Assembly (NCBI GenBank): GCA_965263035.1
Contig: OZ253580.1
Span: 5,952,001-6,016,000, forward strand
Source: Acidobacteriota bacterium
Lineage (GTDB): Bacteria > Acidobacteriota > UBA6911 > RPQK01 > JAJDTT01
Length of the DNA: 64,000 bases
Direction of reading: 5' to 3'
Every line of letters starts with the position of its first letter. Position 1 is the first letter of the stretch. Below the pieces are notes generated by a model. That model was not told the DNA's origin. It saw nothing but the letters and a program-made list of their open reading frames with translations, and did not search any database. A program made the position numbers and the translations under genes. Below are positions 29,431-40,480 of this stretch, in pieces.

Positions 29431-30205
29431 CCGGGATGCCGAGCAGACAGTCGTCGTTTTCCGGAACGATGGGTGTGAAATCCCGGTGAGCGATCCATTC
29501 GGGCCGTTTGAACCTGCGGATGTGATTGCTCACTTCACAGAGGCTCAGGTAGATGATCGTCCGGTTCCAGGGGCTGATGTTGGACGGACTGGCGTGGACC
29601 AGATTTCCGTGAAACATGATGACGGATCCGGGCGGTCCGAGCGGCGCCTCGATCCCTCCCTCGTCGGCCAGCCGGGTGATGGTCGCCCGATCCAAGGTCC
29701 AGAGCGGATAGCTCGTACTCGCCAGATCGTGCCCCGCTTGCAGGACACCCAGTTTGTGACTTCCGGGAATGAACATGAGGGGGCCGTTGGCCGCCGTGAC
29801 CGGGTCCAGAAAGACGGCGATGTTCATGGCCCGAGCCTCCGGCATGTCGTCGTCCCGCTTCCAGGTTCCGTAGTCCTGATGCCATTGCCAGACGTCGCCA
29901 TCGAAGGCGGCCTTGGCGTTGACCTTGTATTGGTGCATGTAAACCGGACCGCCCAGAATCTGCATGACCGGCTCGATGAGCCGCGGATGGGCGCCCAGCA
30001 GACGAAACGGCTCGCTGTAGGTGTGGGCGGCGAAGGCCGTCCGGGCGGCGCCGCTGCTCTCCCGCCAGACCTCGGGCCGGTCCAGCCCGTAAATCCGGTG
30101 TGCTTCCGTACGCAACGGAGCCACTTCCTCCTCCTGGAAACGGCCAGGCAGAAAGAGGTATCCGTCCTTGCGGAAGGCGTCCAACTGCGCGGAAGTGAGT
30201 CTCAT
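29408..30205 (-). CDS. PhyH-family 2OG-Fe(II) dioxygenase (ectoine/proline hydroxylase-like)
   Basis: HQYKVNAK, WQWHQDYG, NGPLMFIPGSH, HASPSNISP. Confidence 0.88.
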   Translation of the reverse strand: MRLTSAQLDAFRKDGYLFLPGRFQEEEVAPLRTEAHRIYGLDRPEVWRESSGAARTAFAAHTYSEPFRLLGAHPRLIEPVMQILGGPVYMHQYKVNAKAAFDGDVWQWHQDYGTWKRDDDMPEARAMNIAVFLDPVTAANGPLMFIPGSHKLGVLQAGHDLASTSYPLWTLDRATITRLADEGGIEAPLGPPGSVIMFHGNLVHASPSNISPWNRTIIYLSLCEVSNHIRRFKRPEWIAHRDFTPIVPENDDCLLGIPVKEVPAG

Positions 30206-30336
30206 CTCGTTGGAATCTACCACAGTCCCCGGGGAACTGGAACGGCCCCCGGAGGCCGGCCAAGTCGAGCCCAGTCAGGCGCCGGCGGCGTTCCGGACCG
30301 GACCGGGAACAGCCCGGGCTGAGGGCAGGAGGACCC

Positions 30337-31977
30337 ATCGCCAAGCATCCCATCAGCGGAAATGTCCAAGGCATCCGGGCGTCTCAACGCCGGATGCTGG
30401 AGCGCACCTATCGCCGCCGTGTACCGCCCCAGCAAGCCATAACCCCCGAACTGGCTCGACATCTGGCTTCTGCGTCTCATGACCTGGGCCGCGAAGTCGG
30501 GGTCCTGATCGGGCGCGACGGCATCGTTCGAAACGTGATCGTCGGCCACGCCACCGGACTCATGTTGCCGGACATTGGCCGTCTCCGGGGCGGGACCGGG
30601 CGGTTTCGCGGACTGCGGCTGCTGCATACGCGCCTCCGGGGTTCGACCCTCAACCACGACGACCTGAACGACCTGGTCCTGCTTCGCCTCGATCTCGTCG
30701 CCGTCATCGAGGTGTTGGATGGGGGTTGGCCGGGAAGGCTGGAAGCCGCCTATCTCGATCCCGGATCCCTGGCCGGCAGCGGCAACGGGGATTCAGCGGC
30801 CGAACCCTTCCTGCGAATCCGGTCCCGTTCGGTGCACGACCTGGACCTGGATTTCCAGGCCACGATCCAGGCGCTGGAGCGGGAGTTCGCCCGCCTGGCC
30901 CGAAGGACCCGGGGACCGAAAGGCGCCGAGCGGGTCATGGTCGTCGGCCTTCGACCCGACGACACCTATTTTGCCGAGACTCTGGAACTGGTCCGTTCCG
31001 CCGGCGCCACCATCGCAGGCCGGATGCGCCAACGCCGGCCCCGGATCCATCCGCGCACCGTCCTGGGCAAGGGGAAGCTGGAGGAGCTGGTCCTGGAGAG
31101 CATGCGCTGCAACGCCACCGCGGCCGTCTTCGACATCGATCTGAAACCGGCGCAGGCACGGGCGTTCGAAGACCTGACCGGCCTCAAAGCGGTGGATCGG
31201 ACCCAACTGATCCTGGACATCTTCGCCCAACGAGCGCGCAGCGCCGACGGCAAGCTCCAGGTCGAGTTGGCTCAACTGAAGTACTCCTTGCCCCGCCTGA
31301 CCGAGAAGGACGAGGGGTTGTCCCGTCTGACCGGCGGCATCGGGGGACGAGGCCCGGGCGAAACGGTCATGGAGATCGGGCGGCGCCGGATTCGAACGCG
31401 AATCCGGCGGCTTGAGAAGCGGGTCGAACACCTCTCGCGTCAGCGCGAGCTCCGGCGAAGGCGGCGGCGCCGTCGGGGGCTTCCGGTGCTTTCCATCATC
31501 GGCTACACCAACGCCGGCAAGAGCACTCTCCTGAACGCCCTCACCAACAGCGTCGTGGAGGCCCGGGACAAGCTCTTCATGACCCTCGACCCCACCAGCC
31601 GGCGCCTGCGTTTTCCCCGCGAGGGGGAGGTTCTCATCACCGACACGGTCGGATTCATCGCCGAGCTGCCTCCGGACCTGATCTCCGCCTTCCGGGCGAC
31701 ACTGGAAGAGCTTTCGGACGCCAACCTCCTGCTCCATGTCATCGACGCCGCGGACCCGGAGATGGACGACAAGATCCGGGCGGTGGAAATGCTGCTGGTC
31801 GATCTGGATCTGAATCGGATCCCGCTGGTGAAGGTGCTCAACAAGATCGATCTGTTGCCCCCGGAACAGGTGAATGCCCTGTGCGGCCGGATCGGTGGAC
31901 TGGCGGTGAGCGCAACTCGGCGTGAGGGGCTGGAGGAATTGGTGAAAACCGCCGAGGACCGATTGTCCCGGCCTTAA
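30337..31977 (+). CDS. hflX: GTPase HflX, long N-terminal form; probable ATC start (first in-frame ATG at 30394)
   Basis: GKLQVELAQLKY, GGIGGRGPGET, GYTNAGKS, DTVGF, NKID. Confidence 0.93.
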   Translation: MAKHPISGNVQGIRASQRRMLERTYRRRVPPQQAITPELARHLASASHDLGREVGVLIGRDGIVRNVIVGHATGLMLPDIGRLRGGTGRFRGLRLLHTRLRGSTLNHDDLNDLVLLRLDLVAVIEVLDGGWPGRLEAAYLDPGSLAGSGNGDSAAEPFLRIRSRSVHDLDLDFQATIQALEREFARLARRTRGPKGAERVMVVGLRPDDTYFAETLELVRSAGATIAGRMRQRRPRIHPRTVLGKGKLEELVLESMRCNATAAVFDIDLKPAQARAFEDLTGLKAVDRTQLILDIFAQRARSADGKLQVELAQLKYSLPRLTEKDEGLSRLTGGIGGRGPGETVMEIGRRRIRTRIRRLEKRVEHLSRQRELRRRRRRRRGLPVLSIIGYTNAGKSTLLNALTNSVVEARDKLFMTLDPTSRRLRFPREGEVLITDTVGFIAELPPDLISAFRATLEELSDANLLLHVIDAADPEMDDKIRAVEMLLVDLDLNRIPLVKVLNKIDLLPPEQVNALCGRIGGLAVSATRREGLEELVKTAEDRLSRP

Positions 31978-32068
31978 GCTCCAGGGTCGGACACTATTTC
32001 GGCAACCTCGATTTGGAGGTCCACTTCTTGTCGCCGGCGGCTCCCGGCGAAGACCACAGGGATTCGAG

Positions 32069-33286
32069 TCACCGTAGCGGATTCTCGTACCAGACCACGT
32101 TCTGGCTGAGCCTGCCGGCCACGAGCAGGTCCAGGTCGCCGTCCCCATCCAGATCCACGGCGCGAATGTCGTAGGACTCCTGATCCCGATCCAGGACATG
32201 GATCCGGAACCGGCCCGCACCGTCGTTTTCGTACCAGGCGGCCATTTTGGAGCCGAAGGCGCAGGTCGCCGCATCCATGTCCCCGTCCCCATCCAGGTCG
32301 GCCACGGTCAAGGCGTGAGGTTCCCGGATCTCGGGATGGATGTCATGGACCTTCCAGTGGGGAGCTTCGAACCAGATCACACCCTGGGCATGCCCCCGAG
32401 AAGCCACGAAATCGACCCGGCCGTCTCCGTTGACGTCGGCCGGATGGATATTGGTGGCTCCGGGCTCGAGGCCTCCCAACCGGTGCCGTTTCCACACCGC
32501 TTCCGGATCTTTCGGGGCTTCCCACCAGGCGAACCAGTTTCCCAGACCCGTCGTATCGGAAGGACCTCCCTTGGCGGCCGAGGCGATATCGGGTCGTCCG
32601 TCTCCGTTGACATCTCCGAATCCCAGGTAGTGACTGAGTCCCGGCGCGTCCCGGTGGGCGAACACGAAACGATGCCAGAAAGCGGCCTGCTTCGGATTTT
32701 CCGGAACCCGGTACCAGACCAGGGAATCGCGGAACGGCCCCATGGGCTGGGCGCTGGTGGCCAACAGGTCCAGGCGCCCGTCCCGATCCACGTCACCGGT
32801 GAGGAGCCCATGAATGCCGTCGACCTGATCGTCGACCAGCCGCTCCTTCCAGGCATCGGTCTCGGGGTTCTCAGGCTGCTCCAACCAGGTGATCAGGCCC
32901 GGCTTGTAGCGGGCTCCGACCCAGTCCAGGTCACCGTCGCCGTCCACGTCCAAGGCCTCGCTGTGGATGAAGTTCCTCTCGTCCTCCGGCCCCAGAAGGA
33001 TCTCCTTCCAATCGGGAGCCACCAGCAGGCGGGTCCGCCCGTCGCTGTTGGCGATGACGTCGGGTAGACCGTCTCCCGTGAAATCGCCGCCCACGGCGGT
33101 GTAGGCGTTGGCGCCGGAATAGACCTGATGCTTGCGCCATTTCCCTTTTTCGCCGGCAGTTCCCGAAACCGGATCCACAAACAGGGAAAGCCCCACCATC
33201 ACGGCCACCGCGGGAAGGAAACGGAAGCAACTGAGTCTCGACGTCTCCTTCAAAAAAGCTTGGTCTGGTTGAATCGACTGCATCAT
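32069..33286 (-). CDS. secreted FG-GAP/VCBS repeat protein
   Basis: about seven DxDGDGxxD repeats; ends VVWYEN. Confidence 0.88.
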   Translation of the reverse strand: MMQSIQPDQAFLKETSRLSCFRFLPAVAVMVGLSLFVDPVSGTAGEKGKWRKHQVYSGANAYTAVGGDFTGDGLPDVIANSDGRTRLLVAPDWKEILLGPEDERNFIHSEALDVDGDGDLDWVGARYKPGLITWLEQPENPETDAWKERLVDDQVDGIHGLLTGDVDRDGRLDLLATSAQPMGPFRDSLVWYRVPENPKQAAFWHRFVFAHRDAPGLSHYLGFGDVNGDGRPDIASAAKGGPSDTTGLGNWFAWWEAPKDPEAVWKRHRLGGLEPGATNIHPADVNGDGRVDFVASRGHAQGVIWFEAPHWKVHDIHPEIREPHALTVADLDGDGDMDAATCAFGSKMAAWYENDGAGRFRIHVLDRDQESYDIRAVDLDGDGDLDLLVAGRLSQNVVWYENPLR

Positions 33287-33449
33287 TCCTCCTGCGAAAA
33301 CCGGAACCGCCGAACGCCTTGACCGGAAGGATTCGCCTGCCGTGCCGGCTGAAGACTTCTCCGGACGGACGTGAGTCTATTCGGAGCCATGGTAGGGGTT
33401 CAAGATCCGCGTCCCGTGTCGCTGCGACCAGACGGTATACTCTCTGGCC

Positions 33450-35642
33450 ATGCACTGGGGCATGGCCTGGGCCCTGATCCTGCTCTTACCGTGCCCGGCT
33501 CTGAGGGCCTTGGAGGGAAGACTTCTCTTCCCCGACGGGACCCCGGTGGCAGGGGCCCAGGTCACGATCCTGGAACATCCCGGTCAGAGCCGAACCGACC
33601 GGGAGGGGAGATTCCGCTGGTCTCCCGACCCTCCCGTGCCCTTCGAAGTGCGAGTCGAACTCCCCGGCGGACACGACACCTTGCACATCGTCGTGCGGGA
33701 GGCGGTCCCGGAAGGGACTCTCGAGATGGTGGTCCGGCCGTTGTTCCGAGAGGACCTGACGGTCACGGCCGGAGTCCCGATACGCACCGGGACCACGCCG
33801 GCCAACGCCTTGGACCTGGTGACTCAGGAGGAGTTGGCTCAGAGCCGGCCCTCCCGGCTGATCGATGCGATCGAGGGAATCCCGGGCGTGGGCCGGATCT
33901 CGGCGGGTCACGCCGGCGTGCCCTCCATTCGGGGCCTGGCGCGGGGCCGGACGTTGATTCTCCTGAACGGCTCCAGGGTCATCTCGGAAAGGAGAGTCGG
34001 ACCCGGCGCGTCGTATCTGGATCCCTTCTTCCTGGACCGGGTCGAAGTCGTTCGGGGCCCGGGGTCCGTCGCCTACGGGTCCGACGCCTTCGGCGGTGTC
34101 ATTCACGCCCTGACCCGGAAACCGGACCCGGAATCTGATTACGGAGCACGATTCCTGGGAAGTCTCGGTTACGGCATGCCCGAGCAGAGCGCCGGTCTGG
34201 AGTTGAGCCGAAGTCTGGAATCGGGATCCGTCTTCTTCCTGGGAAGTCTCAGGAACTACGGCGACTACCGGAGTTCCGGAGTCACGGTGGACAATTCGTC
34301 CGCCCGCAACCGCTCGTTCCTGACGGGCGCCCAGTTTCAGTCCGGGGCAGGAGAACTCTCCCTTGGATGGCAGACGGACCGGGGTCACGATCTGGGCCGG
34401 CCCACCTTGCGCTCGCCCCAGATGCGAACCTTCTACCCGGACGAGAGCTCCGACCGAATGAACCTCGCCTTCGAGCCGCGGCCCGTTGCCGGCTTCGACC
34501 GGATCCGGATCGAGGGGTCGATGGGCCGATATGCCTTGATCACGGACCGGGAACGGCTCCCGTCTCCGGACCAGGAGCGTGAACTACAGAGGTCCCGAGT
34601 CTCGGCCCGTCACTTCGATCTGCGGGTGCAAGCCGTCTCCCCACTGGAGTGGACCCGGCTGGAGGTGGGGTTCGACGTCAATGGCCGCTTCGGACTCCAC
34701 TCCGAGAATACGACCCGCGACTTCGATGCCGGGAATCGCCCCACCGGCACCCATGTCGCCGCTTCCATCGAGGATGCGAGCCGCATCGTTCTGGCTCCCT
34801 TCCTTTCCGCGGAGGTGGCGGTCAACTCCTTTCTGTCCTTTTGGGCAGGCGGCCGCTGGGATCAGGTCTCCAGTACCAGCCGAGGATCTCTGGGAGACTT
34901 CAACAGGATCGGGCGGGCGCTCTCCGGCTACCTGGCAATCGTCGCACGTCCCCTGCCCCCGCTCCAGCTCACGGCCCAGCTCTCCCGGGGCTTCCGGGAA
35001 CCCACCCTTTCGGACCGCTATTTCCAGGGAGTCAGCGGCCGTGGCCTGGTTCACGGCAACCCCAACCTGGCGCCGGAAACCAGCCGGCAGTGGGACGTTT
35101 CGGCCCGCTGGTCCGGAAACGACTGGCGCTGGGACCTGTTCCTCTACCGGTACGAAATCCGCCAGTTGGTGGAGCGCTTCGAAGCCCAACCTGGCAGGTT
35201 CTTCTTTCGCAACCGCGGAGCGGCCCTCTTGAGTGGAGTGGAAATGGAGCTGCACCGCCAATTCGGAGAGGGGCTGTCCGTGGGGCTGGGAGGACACGTT
35301 GCCAGGGGCCGGACCCAAGAAGACGGGAACCCGCTGGACGACGTCCCCGCCCCCGCGCTCACGCTGATCGTCGGAAAAACTCTGGGTTCGCGAAGCCATT
35401 TCCGGCTCCATGGCCGAACCTTCGCCCGGGACTCGAGAGCCGGCCCCACAGAGACGCCCACCCCGGGTTTCGGCACCCTGGATCTCTCCTGGAGCTGGCT
35501 GTTGGACTCACGGACCCAGCTCCGGTTCCGGGTCAGGAACCTCACCGGCAAGGACTACCCGGCCAGCCCCGACCGCTGGTCGGTACCGGCTCCGGGACGC
35601 AGCCTGCTTCTGACCCTGATGTACAACCTCAATAATCGTTAA
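33450..35642 (+). CDS. TonB-dependent receptor
   Basis: signal peptide, plug motifs SIRG and RVEVVRGPGSVAYGSDAFGGVI, GNPNLAPE, barrel strands. Confidence 0.9.
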   Translation: MHWGMAWALILLLPCPALRALEGRLLFPDGTPVAGAQVTILEHPGQSRTDREGRFRWSPDPPVPFEVRVELPGGHDTLHIVVREAVPEGTLEMVVRPLFREDLTVTAGVPIRTGTTPANALDLVTQEELAQSRPSRLIDAIEGIPGVGRISAGHAGVPSIRGLARGRTLILLNGSRVISERRVGPGASYLDPFFLDRVEVVRGPGSVAYGSDAFGGVIHALTRKPDPESDYGARFLGSLGYGMPEQSAGLELSRSLESGSVFFLGSLRNYGDYRSSGVTVDNSSARNRSFLTGAQFQSGAGELSLGWQTDRGHDLGRPTLRSPQMRTFYPDESSDRMNLAFEPRPVAGFDRIRIEGSMGRYALITDRERLPSPDQERELQRSRVSARHFDLRVQAVSPLEWTRLEVGFDVNGRFGLHSENTTRDFDAGNRPTGTHVAASIEDASRIVLAPFLSAEVAVNSFLSFWAGGRWDQVSSTSRGSLGDFNRIGRALSGYLAIVARPLPPLQLTAQLSRGFREPTLSDRYFQGVSGRGLVHGNPNLAPETSRQWDVSARWSGNDWRWDLFLYRYEIRQLVERFEAQPGRFFFRNRGAALLSGVEMELHRQFGEGLSVGLGGHVARGRTQEDGNPLDDVPAPALTLIVGKTLGSRSHFRLHGRTFARDSRAGPTETPTPGFGTLDLSWSWLLDSRTQLRFRVRNLTGKDYPASPDRWSVPAPGRSLLLTLMYNLNNR

Positions 35643-35707
35643 ACAAATATATATAATTAAAGGAAATTTGTTGGATACATATTTTTATACCGACTCCCGG
35701 CACCCGC

Positions 35708-35826
35708 GTAGGGGCGACCCTTGTGTGTGTGATCGCCCTTCCCTGTCGTTTCGTCGGGATGCGAATCCAATCGGATGCCGTGATGAATATCAAACCAGCG
35801 TAGGGGCGGCCCTTGTGGCCGCCCTT
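35708..35826 (+). repeat. two GTAG-type REP units in direct orientation
   Basis: gtaggggcgacccttgtgtgtgtgatcgccc (35708) and gtaggggcggcccttgtggccgccc (35800). Confidence 0.8.
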
Positions 35827-35889
35827 CCCCCGCCTTCCACCGGTTGTCGGGCTTGGAAAAGAGGATAATCGCAAAAGAGAGGAACCCCA

Positions 35890-36828
35890 ATGGCTGTCGA
35901 TTCCATGAATCTCCGCGAAATGGCGCTCGAGGACCGGTCGGAAGTGGCCGAGCTCATCTACGCATCCATCAACGCCTGGTACGGCCTTCGAGGCTTGGGC
36001 CAGCCCTTTCAGGGGTCGCCCAAGGTCACGGAGATCTTCCATGAGGTCTATTCGGCGACGGGTTCCAGCCGCTGCGTGGTGGCGGAAAACGCCCGCACGG
36101 GGCGTCTCATGGGCTCCTGCTTCTACCATCCCCGAAAGACCCACGTAGGACTGGGCATCATGACCGTCCATCCCAACTACTTCGGTTTCGGCGCCGGGAG
36201 CAGACTGCTGGAGTACATCTGCCGCTTCACCGACGGGAACGGGTACCAGGCCCTGCGCCTGACCCAGAGCGCCCTGAACCTGGACTCCTTCTCGCTCTAC
36301 AACCGATACGGCTTCGTCCCTCGCCAGGCTTACCAGGACATGATCCTTCAGGTGCCCGAGTCAGGCTTGGATCACGAAGTGTCAGGACTCGACCGGGTCC
36401 GGGACGCCACTCTGGACGACGTTCCGGCGATGGCGGCTCTGGAAATGGCGGTGAGCGGAGTGAGCCGGGAGGAGGACTATCGGCTCTGCATCAAGAACGA
36501 ACTGGGTTTCTGGTCGGTCTCGGTCTACGAGGGGGCCGGCGGAAACATCGAAGGGTTTCTGGCTTCGTCGTCGCACCCGGCCTTCAACATGCTCGGGCCG
36601 GGCGTGATTCGAACGGAGCAGCAAGCCGCGGCCCTGGTCCACACGGAACTGGACCGTCACCGCGGCCGCACGCCCGTCTTCCTGGTTCCGGTCGACCGCT
36701 ACGGCCTCGTCCGTCAGATGTACGACTGGGGCGCCCGGAATTGCGAGCTCCACTTCTGCCAAGTGCGTGGCCGGTACCAGCCCTATCAGGGCATCAACAT
36801 GCCGACGTTTCTACTGGAAACCGCCTGA
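35890..36828 (+). CDS. GNAT family N-acetyltransferase
   Basis: LGIMTVHPNYFGFGAGSRLL (motif A), SLYNRYGF. Confidence 0.85.
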   Translation: MAVDSMNLREMALEDRSEVAELIYASINAWYGLRGLGQPFQGSPKVTEIFHEVYSATGSSRCVVAENARTGRLMGSCFYHPRKTHVGLGIMTVHPNYFGFGAGSRLLEYICRFTDGNGYQALRLTQSALNLDSFSLYNRYGFVPRQAYQDMILQVPESGLDHEVSGLDRVRDATLDDVPAMAALEMAVSGVSREEDYRLCIKNELGFWSVSVYEGAGGNIEGFLASSSHPAFNMLGPGVIRTEQQAAALVHTELDRHRGRTPVFLVPVDRYGLVRQMYDWGARNCELHFCQVRGRYQPYQGINMPTFLLETA

Positions 36829-39800
36829 TCCGGAGTGACCGGCGAGTTGGAAGAGAGACCTACTGGCGATCTGGCTCGCACCGTCCGCCGGTGCAGGTCG
36901 CTTGAGTCACCAACTCCCATAGTTGTTTCTTGTCCTGGATTTTTCCTTAGATGTACTCTCGGATTTCCATGCGGGCCTGCCGAATAGTGACGCACTCAGC
37001 GGACCCTGCGCCAACTCGTCTGATGCCGGACACAGAGCCAGCCTAAGATGGATTCTACGTCGCCAACTCCCCTGGTTTCAGTCCGGCATCGGAGCCCCTA
37101 TCTGAGTACCGGTCTTTGATGTCCATTGAGTACCCATGAAGAAACGTTGTGGTGTGTGGATGGTGTGCTTGTTGTCGGCCGTAGTGGCCGGGACGGATCC
37201 AGCGGCGGGTGTCAAACGGGTGCAACACCAGGGCACCTCCGAGACGGTTCTGTACTTCCCCGACTACGTGGATGGTGGAGGTTGGGCGGTCCAACTGGTG
37301 CTGAGCAATATCGATCCAGACGAGGCCGCATCAGTTGAAGTTGAAGTCTTCGATCAGGAAGGCCGTTCGGTTTCGGGGTTCTTCGATTCGGAGACCACCC
37401 TTGAGATTCCGCCCCTGGGCAGTCGGGTCATGCATAGCACTGGCCAGGGAAGCATTCGGCGGGGTTGGATCCAGGTCCAGATCCAATCGGCCTCGGTCAG
37501 AGGATTGTTGACTTATCGGGACACCCAAACCGGGATCGAGGTCGGAGTCGAACCGGTCCCACTGAGTGATTCCTTTGCTCTTTTTGTCGAAGAAACGGGA
37601 GCGACCGGCACCGGTCTGGCCATTTTCAAGCCGGACGCTCCTTCTAAAATCGCATTTCAAATCTGGGACGAGGCAGGAAAGAACCCGATTGGAGGGGACC
37701 TCGTCTGGGGAGATTTCAAGCAACGGGCACGAACCATCCCGGAATGGTTCGAGGAGGTCGATCAAGAGTTCCTGGAAGACTTTCGAGGCCTCCTGTTTCT
37801 GGATGCCGAGGATGGTTCGCCGTTCGCGCCAATCGGGCTGCGGTTTGGGAAGACGGGGAATCATTCGCTCTCGGCAGTTCCCGCTATCCAGGAGCAGATG
37901 GAAGAACCGATGAAGACGACCCTGTACTTTCCCGACTACGTGGTTGGGGGAGGTTGGGCCGTCCAACTCGTGCTGAGCAATGTCGATCCGGACGAGGCAG
38001 CGTCGATAGTGGTTGAAGTCCATGATCAACAAGGGCATTCGGTTCCAGGGTTCTTCGATGCCGGGAACCGCCTCGAGATTCCGCCCCTGGGCAGCCAGGT
38101 CTGGTACAGCACCGGAGAGGCGAGCATTCGGCGGGGTTGGGTCCAGATCCAGAGCCAAACGGCCTCGGTCAGGGGATTGTTGACTTATCGGGACACCCAA
38201 ACCGGGATCGAGGTCGGAGTCGAACCGGTCCCACTGAGTGATTCCTTTGCTCTTTTTGTCGAAGAAACGGGAGCGATCGGCACCGGTCTGGCTATTTTCA
38301 AGCCCGACGCTCCTTCCGAGATCGAGTTTCAAATCCGAGACGAAGCCGGGGACGTCCCCATTGGAGGAGGCCTCGCCCGGGGGGATTTCAAGCAGCGCGC
38401 TCAAACCATTCCGGAATGGTTCGCGGGGATCGATCAAACCTTCCTGAGAGATCATCGAGGCCTTCTGCTGCTTCGAACCGAGGACGGTTCATCGTTCGCC
38501 CCGCTCGGGCTGCGGTTTGGGAAGCAGGGGAACCTTTCGCTCGCGGCAGTTCCGGCGATCCGAATCATGGACGAAGACGGGATCGAAGAAGAACCATCGC
38601 GTCCCCCAACGGTGACGATGACGGTTTCTTCGAATTCGATTGAATGGGGCCAGAGTGCAACGTTGAGCTGGTCTGCCACCGATGCGGTGAGCGCGACGAT
38701 CACGCCCGGAATTGGCGACGTACCGACGTCGGGTTCAATAAAGGTGTCTCCGACCAGCACGACTACCTACCGCATCACCGTGCTGGGAGCAGACGGCCCA
38801 ATGGATACGGCGAGGGCGTCGGCAAGGGTGACGGTAGTCATCTCAGAGCGGGCGGCGCTGGTGGCACTGAATCACGCGACTGGCGGTCTGAATTGGACTC
38901 TCAATGAGAACTGGCTGACTGACCGTCCCTTGAGGGAATGGTCTGGGGTCGATGTCGATGGCCAAGGGCGGGTGATCCGTCTAGACCTCGTCAACAATGG
39001 CCTGACCGGGACAATTCCTTCGGAACTGGGGTCGCTCACGAACCTGAGATCGCTGCATCTCGGCGCCAATGGACTGACTGGGTCGATACCAGCAGAGTTG
39101 GGCTCGCTCGCCAACCTGGAAACCCTGGAACTCGGCACAAATTTCTTGACCGGGTCGATTCCGGGGGGGCTGGGCTCACTCGCCAACTTGGAAATCCTGA
39201 ATCTATTCGGCAATCAACTTATGGGGCCGATTCCGGAGGAGTTGGGCTCGCTCGCCAACTTGGAAATCCTTTGGCTCTCCCAGAATCATTTGACTGGCCA
39301 GATCCCGGAGGAGCTGGGCTCACTCGCCAACTTGGATCGGCTCTTGATCTCCTACAATGACGTGGAAGGGCCAGTTCCCTCTTCCTTTCTCGACCTCGAC
39401 CTGGACCAATTCCGGTTCAATTCGAATGATCGTCTTTGCGTGCCCGGGACCTCCGCTTTCGTGCGGTGGTCGAAAGAGATATCCAATTTCCGAGGAGGGG
39501 CCTTTTGTAACGATGCCGACAGGGCGATCTTGGAGGTACTGCATGAGGTTACAGGTGGCTCGAGCTGGACGGATTCCGCCGGATGGCGAGGCGTTGACGC
39601 GGTGGGCGATTGGTACGGAGTAACTGTGGATTCTCTAGGCAGGGTCACATCGCTGAACCTGAGTGACAACGGACTCGACGGCCGGTTGCCAGGCAACTTG
39701 GCGCTGCTGTCCCGGTTGACCGAGTTGAGGATTGACGGCAATGCTCTGTCCGGCCGATTGCCGCTGTCCTTGTCTTCTCTCCGCTTGCTTAGGGAGTTCC

Positions 39801-40480
39801 GGTACGTGGACACCAATCTGTGTGTCCCGACCGGAGAATCGTTCAGCGCTTGGCTGGACACTATTCCGTTGCGCGAAGGAACGGGCGTGGAGTGTGCGCC
39901 TCCGTCGGAACGGGACATCGTCATGGCCCTATACGACGCAACGTACGGGCCAAACTGGACCAACAACGAGAACTGGCTGACCGACCGGCCCCTCGGGGAA
40001 TGGTTTGGGATCGAGGTCGATGATCAAGGACGAGTGATTCGTCTAAATCTATCCCGCAATCGCCTGAAGGGGCCGATCCCGAAGGAATTCGGATCACTCA
40101 CCAACCTGCAAGGTCTGCTTCTTCACGAGAATGGTCTGACGGGACCGATCCCAAAGGAACTCGGGTCGCTCACCAACCTCGAATCCCTTCTTCTCCTCAA
40201 CAATGATCTGACGGGACCGATCCCGCCGGAACTGGGTTCGCTCACGAACCTGCGCTCCTTATGGCTCCCACAAAATAATTTGACGGGGCCGATCCCAAAG
40301 GAACTCGGGTCACTCACCAACCTGGAAGGGTTACTTCTCGAAGTTAACGATCTGACGGGGCCGATCCCGCCGGATTTAGGCTTGCTCACCAATCTGGATA
40401 CTCTGTGGCTCGGCAGCAATAATCTGACGGGGCCGATCCCAGGAGAACTGGGCGCCCTCGCCAACCTCAGGACCCTAGGC

